A stretch of 64,000 nucleotides of DNA from a virus. The DNA lies in the IMG/VR virus record IMGVR_UViG_3300012956_000022, positions 4,201 to 68,200 of that record; one strand, written 5' to 3'. Of the stretch, positions 1-8,189 are shown one piece after another (position 1 is the first letter of the stretch; every line of letters starts with the position of its first letter). Both the position numbers and the translations under genes were made by a program. The notes below the pieces were generated by a model. That model ran no database searches. It was not told where the DNA came from and worked only from the letters and a program-made list of their open reading frames with translations.

Positions 1-6
1 CGGCAT

Positions 7-375
7 ATGAATACCATCATAAGAGACGGAGAGGGAGTGGATGTAAGCAAGGGGTATGCATCCCTGTATGTCCTGCTGCATAACAAAAGCTGCCTTGGAA
101 AGACAATTACCATAAAGCAGAAGGACATAGACTCTACCTGTTTTAAGAATCCGGAGACGATATCTGAGCTTACCACAACACTCACTGCAGTACATCCCAA
201 AGTATTTCATCACAACACCAGTCCCATACATGAGAAACTCATTGAGGGAAAGTATCTCCGGTTTTTTGTAAAAAAGGGCTATAAGTATGAACTTCATGTT
301 GATTGTACCCTGGCAACAAAAAGTTGTATTACTTTTGATGAGAACAAGGAGGAACACTTTCAGCAGTTCTTTTAA
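7..375 (+). CDS. Hypothetical protein
   Basis: 122-aa ORF co-oriented with the dUTPase; no recognisable motif. Confidence 0.6.
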   Translation: MNTIIRDGEGVDVSKGYASLYVLLHNKSCLGKTITIKQKDIDSTCFKNPETISELTTTLTAVHPKVFHHNTSPIHEKLIEGKYLRFFVKKGYKYELHVDCTLATKSCITFDENKEEHFQQFF

Positions 376-399
376 TTTGTCAAACAAGAAAGTAAGAAT

Positions 400-906
400 A
401 TGACCAGAATCCCCATTAAGTACAGATTGGAAATAGGTGCATCGGCTCCCTGTTATGAAACAGAGGGTGCAGCAGGCTTTGATTTAAAAGCACATAGTTT
501 CAAAAAACTTTTCAGTGGCAAAAAAGAGGTTGACCTCAACGAAAACCTTGCCCACTCTCTTGCAAACGGCTATATAAAACTTCGTCCCAATGAAAGGGTT
601 CTTATAGGTACCGGCATCTATGTACAGATACCGCAGGGATATCAGATAGAAATCCGTTCAAGAAGCGGCATGTCTCTGAATAAAGGCCTTGTGGTTCTTA
701 ATCAGCCGGGTACCATAGATTCCGACTACAGGGGAGAGATAATGATTATTTTGTTTAATTCCAATGCTTTTCTTTCCGAGATATATCTCGGGGACAGGGT
801 TGCACAGGGTGTTGTCATGCAGGCTCCGAGAGCTGAATTCTTTGAAGAGGGTGAGCTTGAAGCTACACTCAGAGGCACAGGAGGTTTTGGAAGTACCGGA
901 AAATAA
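400..906 (+). CDS. dut: Trimeric dUTPase
   Basis: Shows the family motifs AGFDL, RSRSG, GTIDSDYRGEI, GDRVAQ and the C-terminal RGTGGFGSTG. Confidence 0.97.
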   Translation: MTRIPIKYRLEIGASAPCYETEGAAGFDLKAHSFKKLFSGKKEVDLNENLAHSLANGYIKLRPNERVLIGTGIYVQIPQGYQIEIRSRSGMSLNKGLVVLNQPGTIDSDYRGEIMIILFNSNAFLSEIYLGDRVAQGVVMQAPRAEFFEEGELEATLRGTGGFGSTGK

Positions 907-938
907 GTTGATTTCATTTTGTGTATGATTTTTAATTG

Positions 939-966
939 TAGGGAGACTCTTTGGTCTCCCTATTTT
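939..966 (+). terminator. Intrinsic terminator after dut
   Basis: Perfect 9-bp stem TAGGGAGAC-tctttg-GTCTCCCTA followed by TTTT. Confidence 0.75.
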
Positions 967-987
967 CACCACCTTAAATTTACTATT

Positions 988-1755
988 ATGTTTGAAAGAA
1001 AAAATGCAATCATTCTCCTGCTGATCATTCTTGTCATACTGCTGTTGCTTAAAGCCTGTGACCAGAAAGAAACAATAGAGACACAGGCCAACCTGATTAC
1101 GGCAATGGGAGACACGCTTCATGTACATACCAACTCCAAAGGACAGGAGGTAGCCAGCATAGAGGCACTGCAGGCCCAGTCTGTAAAATATTTCCTTACC
1201 ATACAGACACAGGATGCCACCATACAGAAGCTCCAGGAAGAGGTTAAGAGAAACAAGGACAGGATAAACAAGACCGGTTCAGTTACCGTAGTAACCTCCA
1301 CCACCACCGTAGAGGGTAAAAATGTCACTACCATCACTTCAGTGGATACCGTTTACAAGAATGTAGGGATAGAAACATATCCTGTCTATGAGGCATCCAT
1401 AAAACTCGGGAAGAGAAACGACTCCGCCTACTGGGTGAACAGCTATATCAAGGCATCCAAAGACAGTATCAGTCTGAGTGCAAAAATAGAGAATGCCTAC
1501 ACTGTTGTCATAGGAATGCAGAAAAGAAAAGGGTTCAAGAACCTGTTTAAGAAGAAGGTGCCGATAGTGGAGGTGACCAATGAAAACCCTTATACTTCCA
1601 CAAAGACACTGAGGGCTTATGTTACAAAATCACCAAGACCAAAAAGGTTTGGAATTGGTTTCAATGTAGGCTATGGAATTATCCTGGATAAGAAACCCGT
1701 TTTCCGGCCCTACATAGGAATAGGCCTTCAGTACAATATCATAGAATTTCTTTAA
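988..1755 (+). CDS. Putative spanin-like lipoprotein / outer-membrane lysis protein
   Basis: Start taken at ATG 988, after the terminator. Hydrophobic signal with lipobox-like LLKAC, a coiled coil, and C-terminal amphipathic beta strands RFGIGFNVGYG...YIGIGLQYNIIEF. Confidence 0.55.
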   Translation: MFERKNAIILLLIILVILLLLKACDQKETIETQANLITAMGDTLHVHTNSKGQEVASIEALQAQSVKYFLTIQTQDATIQKLQEEVKRNKDRINKTGSVTVVTSTTTVEGKNVTTITSVDTVYKNVGIETYPVYEASIKLGKRNDSAYWVNSYIKASKDSISLSAKIENAYTVVIGMQKRKGFKNLFKKKVPIVEVTNENPYTSTKTLRAYVTKSPRPKRFGIGFNVGYGIILDKKPVFRPYIGIGLQYNIIEFL

Positions 1756-1771
1756 CGATAAAACAAAAATC

Positions 1772-1990
1772 ATGACACCACCTGAAAAGACAACGGAAGA
1801 GGAACTGAAAGACAAGTTCATCCTGGTCAATGACTACTCTGAGACGGAATACAGATTGCACTGTTACAAAGTATTTCTTAAAGAGGATGAAGACGCAGAA
1901 GACTGGCTGTCAGAAAATACCTCACACCATTTGTCTAACTGTGACTGGAGTTTGCATGACAGCAGACCATTCATATTCTTTCACGACTAA
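1772..1990 (+). CDS. Small acidic hypothetical protein
   Basis: 72-aa ORF with an A-rich leader and operon-like spacing. Confidence 0.6.
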   Translation: MTPPEKTTEEELKDKFILVNDYSETEYRLHCYKVFLKEDEDAEDWLSENTSHHLSNCDWSLHDSRPFIFFHD

Positions 1991-2005
1991 TACAATTATC
2001 TTACC

Positions 2006-2464
2006 ATGAGTACAGAAATATTTATGAGGGGAAGAGGCATCTCTCCCTACGTTTTCCCGGGAATGAAGTTTAAGCCGGTGTATGACAAAGCAGAAAGGGA
2101 CGCAAAGATAATCGAGTACATCAAGCTCAATTCAACAAGGTTTTTCGGAATATCCTTTGATACTGCAACAAGAAGGACGAGAAAGCATAAGTACATCTAT
2201 ACAAGGTTCATGATAAGCAACTTTCTTCGTGTAAATAAAGTGAGCACGTTCAGGGAGATAGCTGATCTTTTCAACAAAAGTGACCACACTACGATCATCA
2301 ACTCTGTAAAGTCACATTCTGCACTTTACGATACAAATGATTTGTACAGGGACATCTACAGTTCATTCAATGAACACATGAGCAGTCTTTTTGATGTTGT
2401 TTCTTCAGATACCAAGGTATACCCTGAAAAGAAGAGCACCATACAACACAAGATTGCTTTGTAA
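2006..2464 (+). CDS. DnaA C-terminal (domain IV)-like HTH DNA-binding protein
   Basis: Motif TFREIADLFNKSDHTTIINSVK, preceded by TRKHKYIYTRFMI, matches the DnaA domain IV signature. No AAA+ domain. Confidence 0.75.
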   Translation: MSTEIFMRGRGISPYVFPGMKFKPVYDKAERDAKIIEYIKLNSTRFFGISFDTATRRTRKHKYIYTRFMISNFLRVNKVSTFREIADLFNKSDHTTIINSVKSHSALYDTNDLYRDIYSSFNEHMSSLFDVVSSDTKVYPEKKSTIQHKIAL

Positions 2465-2479
2465 AATAAAAAATCCATA

Positions 2480-2655
2480 CACCATAAGTAGAATCTGGGT
2501 TCTCCCAGCAAACTATGTGACTCTACTCTACCAAATTTGAAATATAATTTGGTAGTTGGGTGCTAACTGCAACCTCTTACAGTAAAAGGACTGGCGACTA
2601 AACCAGTATCCTGGACACTTTATCCTGCTATCTTACGGTAGCAGGCTCTAAGGTG
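2480..2655 (+). ncRNA. Candidate structured non-coding RNA / leader
   Basis: Non-coding interval with at least five stems: 2495-2508, 2488-2527, 2528-2555, 2587-2612 and 2624-2645. Closed by CACC/GGTG. Confidence 0.5.
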
Positions 2656-2684
2656 ATTTTATTCACAATTAAACTTTAAACTTT

Positions 2685-3446
2685 ATGAACGATAAAATTA
2701 TCCAGATAGGTGGAAAATCCTATGAAAAATGTAGTATAGTTATGCTTTCTACCGAAGAAAAAATAACATTTAATCATACAAACACTGAAATTGAATCATG
2801 TTCAAGTTTAGAAAATAACTTAAAGGAGTTAAAAAAAGGAAATGTAACAAGAAATCCTTTTAAAGTTCCAATTACAATTATTGAAAATGGTAAAATGATT
2901 AATTCACTTGAGAGATGTGATTTTCCTTCTAAAGAAGATAAATTTTATCATCTTTACATACTCTCTGATGAAGAGATAAAAGAAGGTGATTGGTGTTTTG
3001 ATTTAGATTTTAAAAGAGTATTTTATTGTTCTGATTCAAGTAGAGAGAAATACCTTAATAGTAAAAAAATCATAACTACAACAGATGAAAGTTTAGTTCT
3101 AAAGGAGAATATTTCTAAGTCCACAGAAGAATGTTGGAAATATACTTCATTACCAAGACCTTCAGATGATTTTATCACAGCTTTTGTTAAAGCTCAAGGA
3201 AAGATAATTGAAGTGTTGGTTGAGTATGAATTTGGTTCGATAGAAGAATCTTATTTTAATGATAATGGAGATGAAGTATTACCTATCAAACTAAAAGTAT
3301 CAAAAGATAATACCATTACAATCAAACCTATTCAGGAAGAAAAGACTTCTTGGAGTAGAGAAGAAGTTAAAAAGTTGATGGAAAGTTGGATGGTATTACC
3401 TAAAACACCTGAAAGTATTAATAACTGGATAAAAGAAAACTTATAG
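2685..3446 (+). CDS. Hypothetical protein, Bacteroidota phage family (HLYILSDEEIKEGDW motif)
   Basis: 253-aa AT-rich ORF. The motif EEIKEGDW...KKIITTTD is recalled from Bacteroidota phage proteins. Confidence 0.75.
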   Translation: MNDKIIQIGGKSYEKCSIVMLSTEEKITFNHTNTEIESCSSLENNLKELKKGNVTRNPFKVPITIIENGKMINSLERCDFPSKEDKFYHLYILSDEEIKEGDWCFDLDFKRVFYCSDSSREKYLNSKKIITTTDESLVLKENISKSTEECWKYTSLPRPSDDFITAFVKAQGKIIEVLVEYEFGSIEESYFNDNGDEVLPIKLKVSKDNTITIKPIQEEKTSWSREEVKKLMESWMVLPKTPESINNWIKENL

Positions 3447-3448
3447 TA

Positions 3449-3919
3449 ATGAATACACCAATTGTTTTTGAAATAGCACAGTTGCTAAAAGAAAAAGGGT
3501 TTGATACACCTACTTTTTATTATTATGAAAATGAAAAGTTAATAGAACCTTACTTAGAAAATGGAAGTAGTACAGATACTGAATTTAGAGTTGACTTATC
3601 AGATTTACAAGAATATTTTGGTAAGTGGTCTAATAAGGTGTCAGCACCAACCATTGCAGAAATAGTAATGTGGTTGTATGAGAAACATGGTATTTGGATT
3701 AGTGTTGAGCTTTGCATAGTAGGTTCAGATGAATGGGAATATGGTTATAAAGTATTTTACCTTCCTAAAGAATTTGAAAATGCTAAAAGAAGAGCTATTC
3801 ATTTAGCAACAAAAGAGTCTTTTCAAGAAGGAATGAGTTCTTATTCTGGTGCATGGCATACACCAACAGAAGCTTATAAAGCAGCAATTGAATATACTTT
3901 AAAGAACCTAATACAATAA
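3449..3919 (+). CDS. Hypothetical protein, Bacteroidota phage family
   Basis: Pattern FEIAQLLKEKGF...SAPT...WLYEKHGIWI...EAYKAAIEY; tightly coupled to its neighbours. Confidence 0.8.
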   Translation: MNTPIVFEIAQLLKEKGFDTPTFYYYENEKLIEPYLENGSSTDTEFRVDLSDLQEYFGKWSNKVSAPTIAEIVMWLYEKHGIWISVELCIVGSDEWEYGYKVFYLPKEFENAKRRAIHLATKESFQEGMSSYSGAWHTPTEAYKAAIEYTLKNLIQ

Positions 3920-3922
3920 GTC

Positions 3923-4153
3923 ATGAAAGAAATCTTTATCAGAGGCAGTTTTTCTAAGATAGATGCAGACAACAGTTACCCGGCTACTTTCAGAAATCTA
4001 TTGGGCTTTCTTGTTTGCAATAACGGAAGAGATTGCTTTGCCAAGTTTCAGGGAAATATCTGGATGATAACCAGAGAAGGTGCATGGGAAAGAGTCTGTA
4101 GAAACCTTTCAGATCTTACCTATAACGAGTACTTAAAATTGTCTCTATCATAA
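3923..4153 (+). CDS. Hypothetical protein
   Basis: 76-aa ORF starting 3 nt after the previous stop. Confidence 0.65.
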   Translation: MKEIFIRGSFSKIDADNSYPATFRNLLGFLVCNNGRDCFAKFQGNIWMITREGAWERVCRNLSDLTYNEYLKLSLS

Positions 4154-4355
4154 AATATAAATCATAATTTTTAATCTGTAATTTTATAGGTGTTAAGGAT
4201 AAAGTGCCTTACTATTGTGGTTATAGAGTGATGTCAATTGAAGCATCTACTGAAGGTTCACTTCTCTTTTATGATATATTTTCTATCTCTCCTATAAGAA
4301 TAGGTAAAATAGTACTGACAGAAGAAGATTATTTAACTTTAAAAACAATAATAAA

Positions 4356-4553
4356 ATGTTAAAAACAGAATTAAATATAGAAAGTTTTGTAAAACTTTCT
4401 CATGAGGATATATCCCGCATTCATGAGGCAGCTTATGCTGATGCAGTAATGAAACTTATGGATATTTCAGATTCATCTATTAATGAATTTGACCTTAATT
4501 TCTCTTACGAAATCATTTGCAAAGTAAGTATTAAACCTAAACCTAAATACTAA
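4356..4553 (+). CDS. Hypothetical protein
   Basis: 65-aa ORF with a TAATG overlap to the next gene. Confidence 0.65.
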   Translation: MLKTELNIESFVKLSHEDISRIHEAAYADAVMKLMDISDSSINEFDLNFSYEIICKVSIKPKPKY

Positions 4554-4927
4554 TGCCACAATTTCACGAAACCGGATATGGAAGAAAATTTCTTGAGGGA
4601 GATTTTCCTGATATGGTTAAACAGCTTACCAAAATAGCTGCTGCTTTAGAGGTAAAAGAGACAAAGAAGAATATTGATGAATTATATTTAGCTCTTTATG
4701 AAGAGTTAGATGTCTGGTATGTTTCTTTGCCTTTTATTATAGTACATAAAATTACAGGTATCAATCCTTTAGACTATCCTGAGCTTATAAAAATACCAGA
4801 AGATGAAGAAGACAAAGGAACTTCCAGAGAAGAGGCTATTGATTTAGCAAGAGATTCATGGAATAATTGTTCACTACAAGAAAAAATAGAATATCATGAA
4901 AGATACAAAGATGAGAGGCATTACTAA
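4553..4927 (+). CDS. Hypothetical protein
   Basis: 124-aa ORF, translationally coupled. Confidence 0.7.
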   Translation: MPQFHETGYGRKFLEGDFPDMVKQLTKIAAALEVKETKKNIDELYLALYEELDVWYVSLPFIIVHKITGINPLDYPELIKIPEDEEDKGTSREEAIDLARDSWNNCSLQEKIEYHERYKDERHY

Positions 4928-5120
4928 GAATTTTACCATGACAAGTATAAAAAGGTATCTGAAAGATCCTAATAGCTGTCCTCAATGTCAATCTCAAAGT
5001 CTCGTAGTAGATGAAGAATTTACAGAAGAGACAAAAGGGAGGGTAATCAGATGTCAGAGTTGTAATATTACTTTTTATGAGGTGTTTAAATTAATTTATA
5101 TCGAAAAAATACCAGAATGA
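4896..5120 (+). CDS. Small zinc-ribbon protein
   Basis: CPQC...CQSC pair; the true start may be a downstream ATG. Confidence 0.65.
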   Translation: MKDTKMRGITKNFTMTSIKRYLKDPNSCPQCQSQSLVVDEEFTEETKGRVIRCQSCNITFYEVFKLIYIEKIPE

Positions 5121-5154
5121 GGAATTCAAGATTAATCCAAAATGTATACCCAAA

Positions 5155-5358
5155 ATGAACAGTTATAAATTAAATGGCATGGCAGGACACTATTTCAGAC
5201 AGACCGTCTGCAAACACCTGAAAATCAGCCACACTGAAATCTATAAGACTCTGGAAAAAATCTTTCTGGATAATGTTGGAAATGTCATTATCGAAACCAA
5301 AGACGGTAAAAAATACCGGTTAACACTTACTGAGCATGAGAACACAAATCAGCAATAA
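5155..5358 (+). CDS. Hypothetical protein
   Basis: 67-aa ORF. Confidence 0.6.
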   Translation: MNSYKLNGMAGHYFRQTVCKHLKISHTEIYKTLEKIFLDNVGNVIIETKDGKKYRLTLTEHENTNQQ

Positions 5359-5923
5359 CAGACAGCAAACCGAAAAAGATGCAGAAATAGATGCCAGAGT
5401 GCTCCACCTTGCCAATCATGTGCTTTGCCTGCTGGGCAAAAGGATACTCCCTATCTACTTCTATTCACATAATCCTGAAGAGATGAACAGATGGCAGCAT
5501 AATATCTGCAGGCAGGCTCATATTCTTTGCTATATGTATCTCTACCTGTGGTTCGGAAAAGACTATGATTTGTCCTTTTACGAATCCATCTTTGAGGAAA
5601 CTGTCACAAAAAGCAGGTATGACCACAGTTGGGTGTTTCTTCAGCATAAAAGAGATGACAGTCTGATGTATCTGTGTGATGTGGCAAGAGTTTCAGAACA
5701 CATAGGATTAAAAAGAACAGCTTCCAATAATCCTGAATGTTTTCTTAAGGGCAGCCGGGAAATAACAGAAGAGAGAAGAAGGATAGATGTTGAAAACGTA
5801 TACATGGTTTCCAATGAGTACTACACAGGGAAAACAGTGCAGGAGATTTTCGAGGAAGTTACCATGCTTCTTTATCATGCAAGGGCTAACCCGGGATTTG
5901 TACACGATTTATATAATCAATAA
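5336..5923 (+). CDS. Hypothetical protein, possible Cys-His-Asp (transglutaminase/papain-like) fold
   Basis: Spacing of ICRQAH...DHSWVFL...YLCDV resembles a catalytic triad (inference). Confidence 0.6.
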   Translation: MRTQISNNRQQTEKDAEIDARVLHLANHVLCLLGKRILPIYFYSHNPEEMNRWQHNICRQAHILCYMYLYLWFGKDYDLSFYESIFEETVTKSRYDHSWVFLQHKRDDSLMYLCDVARVSEHIGLKRTASNNPECFLKGSREITEERRRIDVENVYMVSNEYYTGKTVQEIFEEVTMLLYHARANPGFVHDLYNQ

Positions 5924-5935
5924 AAAACAACTAAA

Positions 5936-6685
5936 ATGAAAGAAGAAAAACAAATTCACAAAAGCTACTTTGATGCTCTTCCAAATGAGATAAAAATGGA
6001 GTTTGCAAATGCAGTTCAGGACCTTAACAATCAGATTGTAAAAGTGGCTGATGAAGAGGGCATCCATGTAGCAATCAGTTCTGTCCATAAATTCGTGGAT
6101 GATGAGGTGGAGAAGGCGAAAATAAAATACAGCGAGGAAGGTAAGGCAATCTCCTGCAAAAGGGGCTGCAGTTTCTGCTGTTACATACATGTGGACATAT
6201 CTCCTCCTGAGGCCATGAGAGTGCTCTCTAAGATAAATCTTACAGAAAAACAGGTAGAGCATCTGGAGAGACAGAAAGGATATAACCTGAACAACTGGAC
6301 AGAGTTGCCTTATGCTCACAGAAAGTGCGTATTCCTTGAGAATGGAGAATGCAGTGTCTATGAAGACAGACCACTCTCCTGCAGAAAATACATGGTGGTG
6401 AATGAGCCTGAAATATGCAACACGGAACATGAGAATAATGTAACCACAGTCGCTGCAGCAGGAATTGTGGAAGCCATGTGTATGTCCTCTGCACTTGCCT
6501 TCAGTTCGGCCAGTATGGCACCCCTTCTTTTGACAGCCTGGAACAGCAAACCGGAAGAGATAAAAAAAAGAAGTGAAGAGTATCAGCAAAGAGTCAACAA
6601 AGATAAAAACAAGGAAAATGGATATGACGAAACAGGAGGAGCTGAAAGTGATGCTCCTGAAACAGAAACCGAGGTACTGTCATAA
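5936..6685 (+). CDS. YkgJ/FliB-like cysteine-cluster (CxxxCxxCC, Zn/Fe-S) protein
   Basis: Signature CKRGCSFCC...CVFLENGECSVYEDRPLSCRKY. Confidence 0.85.
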   Translation: MKEEKQIHKSYFDALPNEIKMEFANAVQDLNNQIVKVADEEGIHVAISSVHKFVDDEVEKAKIKYSEEGKAISCKRGCSFCCYIHVDISPPEAMRVLSKINLTEKQVEHLERQKGYNLNNWTELPYAHRKCVFLENGECSVYEDRPLSCRKYMVVNEPEICNTEHENNVTTVAAAGIVEAMCMSSALAFSSASMAPLLLTAWNSKPEEIKKRSEEYQQRVNKDKNKENGYDETGGAESDAPETETEVLS

Positions 6686-6839
6686 AAGCAAGAATATCTA
6701 CCTGCTTGTTTCTGCATGCAGGATAAAGATAAACGGAGAGTACAGGGATGGCTATATCTATGTAAATGAAAATCTCCCTGAAGAGGTCTTTGTAAGAGAA
6801 AAGCAGGATTTTGAAGATAATTTCGTGATGTTGGACTAA
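6618..6839 (+). CDS. DUF1653-like small protein
   Basis: Pattern RYCHKSKNIY...YIY...VFVREKQDFEDNF; start taken at ATG 6618. Confidence 0.6.
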   Translation: MDMTKQEELKVMLLKQKPRYCHKSKNIYLLVSACRIKINGEYRDGYIYVNENLPEEVFVREKQDFEDNFVMLD

Positions 6840-6960
6840 AGTTGGGTGTTTGGCGAAGAAGCCGAAACCAAAAGTTAAATCGAAGTACAAAACTTAAAAA
6901 TTAGAACAATATGTCAAACGAAGAACAAAACGGCTTTTTTGCCAAACCCGTGTTAGCACC
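6837..6960 (-). mobile_element. attC-like site 1 (outer core degenerate: TAAA instead of TAAC)
   Basis: Arms GGGTGTTTGGCGAAGAAGCCG (6844-6864) and CGGCTTTTTTGCCAAACCC (6931-6949), then core GTTAGCACC (6952-6960). Confidence 0.75.
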
Positions 6961-7180
6961 AGTTAATTTTGATGCTATTCACGAAGCACGTAGAAATTTC
7001 ATCTATTCAAATAATAGATACCCAACTGTAATAGTTATGCACCCTGCCGATGGTGAAAAATTCATTGACTTAATGCACAAAGAATTTGGTTATTGTGCTA
7101 TGCCTAATTTGATGAAATTTCAAGGGATGCAGATGATAAGGTCATTCGATGTCGAAGAGGGCAAGTGGTGTCTTTATTAA
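6911..7180 (+). CDS. Cassette A gene, hypothetical protein
   Basis: 89-aa ORF. Its ATG lies in the attC1 loop and its stop is 2 nt before GGTGCTAAC. Confidence 0.7.
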   Translation: MSNEEQNGFFAKPVLAPVNFDAIHEARRNFIYSNNRYPTVIVMHPADGEKFIDLMHKEFGYCAMPNLMKFQGMQMIRSFDVEEGKWCLY

Positions 7181-7182
7181 TT

Positions 7183-7318
7183 GGTGCTAACGGTTTGCGG
7201 CTTGTAGCTGAAAGGGATTTAGAAGCACAATATTTCAACTTTGCACTACTGCCGATTAGAACCATAAATGATGAATGTAGCATATCTGCCCTTTTTGCTA
7301 CAAACCGCTGTTACCTGC
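7183..7318 (-). mobile_element. attC-like site 2
   Basis: GGTGCTAAC-GGTTT-GCGGCTTGTAGC-TGAAAGGG ... CCCTTTTT-GCTACAAACCGC-T-GTTACCTGC. Confidence 0.85.
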
Positions 7319-7355
7319 TGGGCGGATTATCAGTAGGAAATTTAAAAACAACAAA

Positions 7356-7889
7356 ATGAATAAGTACAAAGAAATTGAATTTGGGTTCGGAAATATCGAA
7401 TCAGCAGTAAAAGAATTGAAAAGCCATAATGAATTAGTTTGCGGCTCATTTAATGGTCAAATGTTATATTCTGACATTGACGATTTAGATTCAGCTTATG
7501 TAAAAATTACAGGTAAAACAAAAGCCGAATGTGACGAAGCCGAAAGAATTAAACACGAAGAATATGAAGAGCAACAAAGAAAGCACAAAGAAGCTATACC
7601 CAAACTTACAAAAGAATGGATTGAAAAAGGCAATACCATTTTAGACGAAAAGTATCGTGAATTATGGGCTAAATGTGTTCCTATCAGACTTGGTGATTTG
7701 TATCAAGGAATGGAATTAGGTAACTGCCTTGAAATAGTTGAACAGCTAAACAATGGTAAAACTGTTGAAGAAGTAAAACCACTAATTGAAAATCAAGGTC
7801 ATTCTGGAATGTCTTTTGGCTTGGTTTGTTCAATGATAAAATCTTTCTGTGATAGAGGCGAGGAATTTGTCAATTATGCACGGTCGTAG
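7356..7889 (+). CDS. Cassette B gene, conserved hypothetical phage protein
   Basis: 177-aa ORF with a QGHSGMSF motif. Bracketed by GTTACCTGC (7310) and its complement GCAGGTAAC (7894). Confidence 0.85.
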   Translation: MNKYKEIEFGFGNIESAVKELKSHNELVCGSFNGQMLYSDIDDLDSAYVKITGKTKAECDEAERIKHEEYEEQQRKHKEAIPKLTKEWIEKGNTILDEKYRELWAKCVPIRLGDLYQGMELGNCLEIVEQLNNGKTVEEVKPLIENQGHSGMSFGLVCSMIKSFCDRGEEFVNYARS

Positions 7890-7893
7890 CCTT

Positions 7894-8110
7894 GCAGGTA
7901 ACGCTTAACAGATTTATTTAGTTTTAAAAGTATTATTATGACAGACTTACAAAAAAAAGCAAAAGAAATTTATAGAAGAATGACAAGTTATGCTGACTAT
8001 TCAGAAATGAATGGCATAAGTAAAAAATGGATTTTAGGGCAAATAGAAGCAGGACTTGAAGAATACCACAAGTCCGAACTTTTAAAATTGAATAAATCTG
8101 ATGTTATAAG
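7894..8110 (-). mobile_element. attC-like site 3 with a protein-coding loop
   Basis: GCAGGTAAC, then 23-bp arms 7909-7931 and 8078-8100 with two G.T wobbles, a 146-nt loop, and core GTTATAAG (8103-8110). Confidence 0.8.
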
Positions 8111-8189
8111 TTCGGTTTCTGAATCAGGCATACGTCTTGATTTGGATAAAATATTAAATGCTAAAGATACATTTAAAAAGATATTATAA
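7938..8189 (+). CDS. Cassette C gene, encoded largely within the attC3 loop
   Basis: 83-aa ORF that reads through the hairpin arm and core as LKLNKSDVISS. Confidence 0.7.
   Translation: MTDLQKKAKEIYRRMTSYADYSEMNGISKKWILGQIEAGLEEYHKSELLKLNKSDVISSVSESGIRLDLDKILNAKDTFKKIL

Noticed and set aside
2483-2566. SAM-I/IV riboswitch or twister/group I intron resemblance (CAGCAAAC...GGTGCTAA; GACTAAAC)
   Set aside because: Only fragments match; the remaining conserved core elements were not found.
7165-7359. 64-aa ORF spanning attC site 2
   Set aside because: It covers the whole hairpin and overlaps both neighbours; probably incidental.
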